From positions 20,956,001-21,020,000 of the forward strand of contig OZ024746.1 of NCBI GenBank assembly GCA_964016885.1: a stretch of DNA of 64,000 nt. The letters run 5' to 3'. The translations under genes and the position numbers were made by a program. Under the pieces are notes generated by a model that ran no database searches, was not told where the DNA came from, and saw only the letters and a list, made by a program, of their open reading frames with translations. Positions 59,810 through 64,000 of this stretch are shown here, piece after piece; within the stretch, counting starts at the first letter, position 1, and each line of letters starts with the position of its first letter. The stretch is from Eledone cirrhosa. Taxonomy: Eukaryota.

Positions 59810-60052
59810 ATAATTGCTGCTACTTTTGGCACAAAGCCAGCAATTATCCGAGTGTATTATTGGTACTTCTTTTTATCAACCCCGCAAGGATGAAAGGCAA
59901 AGCTACCCTCGGCGAGATTTGAACTCAGATCATAAAAGGCCGTAAGAGGTCCGACCCTCTACCGATACTACCAATCTAATTGTAAAATTGTAAAATTATA
60001 ATTGTTTCTACTTTTGGCACAAGGCCAGCAATTATCCCAGTGTATTACTGGT
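59810..60052 (-). mobile_element. SINE A plus a second tail-only copy
   Basis: The tail occurs twice. The second is flanked by TAATTGTAAAATTATAAT repeats. Confidence 0.8.
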
Positions 60053-60167
60053 AATTGTAAAATTATAATATTATAAAATTAGATTAAATTGTTTAGAACT
60101 ACAAGTGAAGTCATTATTTTCCCTTTTTAAAATATACCTAACTGTACCAAGGATTCCAAACATTTTC

Positions 60168-60276
<109 letters not shown>

Positions 60277-60581
60277 CACCATTAACAATACACAAAACAC
60301 ACACACTCCATCTGTACACCTGTGACAGTACCAATGATACATCTGCACTCACCACATGCCGGACTTGCCTGCCGCCCTCACCCATCTTGAAAAGTTCCTG
60401 TGTTCCTTAATCATAAAGCTTCATTTTTCAAACCTCGTCTCACCCCGAACCGTGCTCTTTCCCGCAAGATAATACGTCTGATACGTCGAGACATTTATTT
60501 ATCTTCCTTTCCCAGCGTAAAACGCATACGATTTTGTGTTTTTGCATCTCAGTTTTCTTTTTATTCTTGCTATTCACCCAC

Positions 60582-60737
<156 letters not shown>

Positions 60738-60909
60738 GCGTATATATATACGTTGCTTCACCCTTCGTGTCTGTTTACATCCCCACCCCTTTTGTTTTAT
60801 CCCAATAACTTATTTTGATTATTGTTCGACTAGGCCCTAGCAGACAACTGACGATGGATATTACCCTGTTTTGCCCGTAACTTTTATTTTTTATTATACT
60901 TAATTGCAA

Positions 60910-60958
<49 letters not shown>

Positions 60959-60959
<1 letters not shown>

Positions 60960-61271
60960 GATAAAATTAAGATAATGGACAAAGTGAAAACAAAGGAAAG
61001 CAAGGCGAACAGAAAAAGGCAGAACGAAAAAAATGTTTAAAAGGGAAACCTTAACATTATTTTTAATAAAAAGGCAATAGCAAAAAGAAAAACACAAAAA
61101 AACAGACAAACAAAAGGTGTCTATTTTTTTTTTTTTTTTGCTATTGCCTTTTTATTTAAACATTTTTTTAAGGTTTCCCTTTTAAAAATTTTTTTCGTTC
61201 TGCCTTTTTTCGTTCGTTTTGCTTTCCATTTTGCTTTCCGTCTTCGCTTTGTCCCATTTTCTTAATTTTAT

Positions 61272-61273
<2 letters not shown>
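60959..61273. repeat. Diverged ~130-bp inverted repeat
   Basis: 60959-61086 versus 61135-61273, for example AAAAGGCAATAGCAA/TTGCTATTGCCTTTT and TTTAAAAGGGAAACCTTAA/TTAAGGTTTCCCTTTTAAA. Confidence 0.8.
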
Positions 61274-61305
<32 letters not shown>

Positions 61306-61340
61306 CACACACACACACATACATACATATATATATATAT

Positions 61341-61400
<60 letters not shown>

Positions 61401-61405
<5 letters not shown>

Positions 61406-61590
61406 AACCAGTAAGACCCCGACAGCTGAGCTCAAGCCGTTTCGACGGCTAATTCCAGAATTAGCCGTCGAAACGGCTTGAGCTCAGCTGTCGGGGTCTT
61501 ACTGGTTCCTATTACCCACTCTACTACCTCAAGTATTGAGTACTTTGGTGCGTTATGGTCCACATGGTTCCTTACCACATTTCCTTCGTT
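61401..61590 (+). mobile_element. HHR-associated family D, copy 2, with a perfect 55-bp-arm palindrome
   Basis: Arms at 61401-61455 and 61458-61512 with spacer CA. Contains the HHR 3' half GAAAC-GGCT-TGAGCTC-AGCT-GTC-GGGG. (TA)n on both sides. Confidence 0.85.
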
Positions 61591-62041
61591 ATATATATAT
61601 ATATATATATATAAGTGTATCTGTATGTATATATATATATATACATACAGATACACTTCTGAAGTGTTGACCCCTAGCAATGGCACTGCTAGTCCACTCT
61701 GGATCACAGACAAGAAAATAAAGAAATTTAAGACATTTCATTTGTCTTACACCTGTTCCAACAGGAAAGAAATGAAAGAAAGAAACTGGTGAAAAACTCG
61801 TTCAAGCTGTAGTAATAATATATCGAGATGTGTGTGTATATTACAAAGAGATAATTCACGAAGAATTAGGCCTTTATCTCGCTCTGTCCGTATCTTCAGA
61901 GACATGATAGAAAATATTCAAGAATATGAGTAGAGAGAATTTCAAGAATGAGGCCTCATAATATCGTGACAATTCCATTATACATAGAAAAGAACGTACT
62001 TAACTAGACCGGTAAATCAGACACTAAGTTTGAATGCCTTG

Positions 62042-62124
<83 letters not shown>

Positions 62125-62300
62125 CGATTCAGAATATCGCGTCACCACCTTTCTATAACCGGGAAGGGCAGGCAGTTTTAATATGCCTGGTGGCCATGGC
62201 GAAAGAAGTTGTATGGTAGATGCGATTAAAGGGGCTGAAGATAAAAACTTCCCTCTTTGGGGAATCCTCATCAACTGAGTAAACACATGTAAACTGAAAT
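62125..62300 (-). pseudogene. Possible decayed Penelope-like linker fragment
   Basis: Frameshifted DSPKREVFIFSPF / TSFAMATRHI / LPALPGYRKVV resembles the PLE pattern P.KCPVYL.LP...YFAV..RVIF..RP.LPS.RKDVLP (recalled pattern). Abuts (TA)n. Confidence 0.3.
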
Positions 62301-62537
62301 TACTGAACAAAACAAGATGCTGGTAATTTTTCGTCCAAATGTTGCCACGTGCTAAACGGGATGAATCACCCAAGTATTAAGCCCTTGTGTAATTGCTATG
62401 TCTATTCTTGCCCCCATTAGCTATCAAATATATTATTTTCAATTATTTTATACTATTTAATGACTCAACTTTTTGTTATGTAATATAAAGTGTATCCTGT
62501 CGTTACCTTCCCCTTATTATTATAGGTATTATTATAT

Positions 62538-62755
62538 GGGCGGTGGATTGGCAGAATCGGTAGAGTGTCGGTCAAAGTGCTTTACGGTATTCAGTGACGA
62601 CCTTCTACATTCTGAGTGCAAAACACGCCACGGTCAACTTTGCCTTTAATCCTTACAGGGTCAAAATGATAAAATACCAGTAACGCACTGTGTTCAATTT
62701 ATATCAACATTTTCCTGCCCCCAAATTGTTGGCCTTGTGCCTAAACCAGAATCTA
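62538..62755 (+). mobile_element. SINE family A, diverged full-length copy
   Basis: GGGCGGTGGATTGGCAGAATCGGTAGAG through GGCCTTGTGCCTAAACCAGAA. Confidence 0.85.
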
Positions 62756-63225
62756 TTATATAATTATTCTGGCCACGGACAGAAGACAACAGTTGATAGT
62801 AATCAAGTCAACTTATCAAATCAGCTAACTGTGATTATTATGGGTGGTATACATATAACCATAATTAATAGCAGCATCATGAATGGATATATTCACTCAT
62901 AATAATTAACCTGTATGAATTAAGCGAGAAGGCAGTTTAGCTTAATGTCAGTTATAATGTCTCTGTTTAGATTTAGATTGACTTAATGTTTCATGTGTAT
63001 CCATTCAGCAAGAGATATAGACTAGATTGTAGTAATTTCGCCAACTACCTAATGGGAGGTAGTGAAAAGATAAAGCAGTCATTTAATCAATTTAATTCCA
63101 CTCTCTACACTTTCAAACTTTCAAATACTCTACATTTACATGCATTTACAATTTATTCGCCCACATTCTAGCCCCCCCCCCCCCTCGCCTTTACTTTATC
63201 TGAATCATTTTTGTTTTCGTTTTCA

Positions 63226-63277
<52 letters not shown>

Positions 63278-63633
63278 GTGCATTCGAGTGTATATATATA
63301 TATATATATATGTGAGTGTGTGTGTATGTGTGTATGCCTGCACGCACACACGTATATACTATATATACGTGTCTGTGGGCATATTGGAAACGATATATTA
63401 TATACGATTGAATGCGTCAATACCTCATAATAGAAGTATTATAATTTCGAATCTGAACTCTAGTATCAAAATTCCGCCGATGATTGTACACACACAAACA
63501 ACCACACAACCACACACACACACCACCACACACACATACATATATATATATATGTGTATATATAGATAGATAGATACACACAAACACACATATATATATG
63601 TGTGTGTGTGTGTATATACAATTTGTGTGTATA

Positions 63634-63705
<72 letters not shown>

Positions 63706-64000
63706 CAAATAACGAAACGAAATTAAATTTCGTTTCGCTTCTAACTCACTTTTGTATGACTGACGCTTAAACAATTAAGTTAAAGTGTACATCTACATAT
63801 GTATACGGAAGTATTAGTATGCATATAAATACACACATGCATACATATGTACATGTACTGAGTTTTTCACTAGACACTTTACAGTGAGTGTCAGCTAGTC
63901 TGTACGTAACCACACAGACGGACCGGGTTTTAGAGTCATACGAGTTTTCAAGGAAACACATTTCCTCTATTCTCCAGAGGGCCAGACAGGAATATTGGAC

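Noticed and set aside
63713-63737. 12-bp-arm palindrome containing GAAAC
   Set aside because: No CUGANGA core lies nearby on either strand, and it is too short to interpret.

Overview
This is AT-rich, microsatellite-saturated eukaryotic DNA, with one 200-N assembly gap. The repeat content suggests an octopus or other cephalopod genome, but that is an inference. No intact protein-coding gene is recognisable. Almost all listed ORFs are (TA)n/(CA)n/(GA)n read-throughs, and there are only a few weak candidate exons. The window is a transposon mosaic: many copies of a tRNA-derived SINE, a second tRNA-derived SINE, a ~200-bp Tc1/mariner MITE family, non-autonomous Helitrons, and decayed CRE, RTE and Penelope-like (PLE) fragments. 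The most striking signal is a set of type I hammerhead ribozymes (HHRs) from several unrelated sequence families, some complete and some partial. They sit in short non-coding units embedded in (TA)n tracts. These units show either terminal redundancy (one ~480-520 nt unit plus a short repeat of its start) or fold-back inverted duplication, as expected of Penelope pseudo-LTR or retrozyme-like elements. All RNA structures were paired by eye and no activity has been tested.
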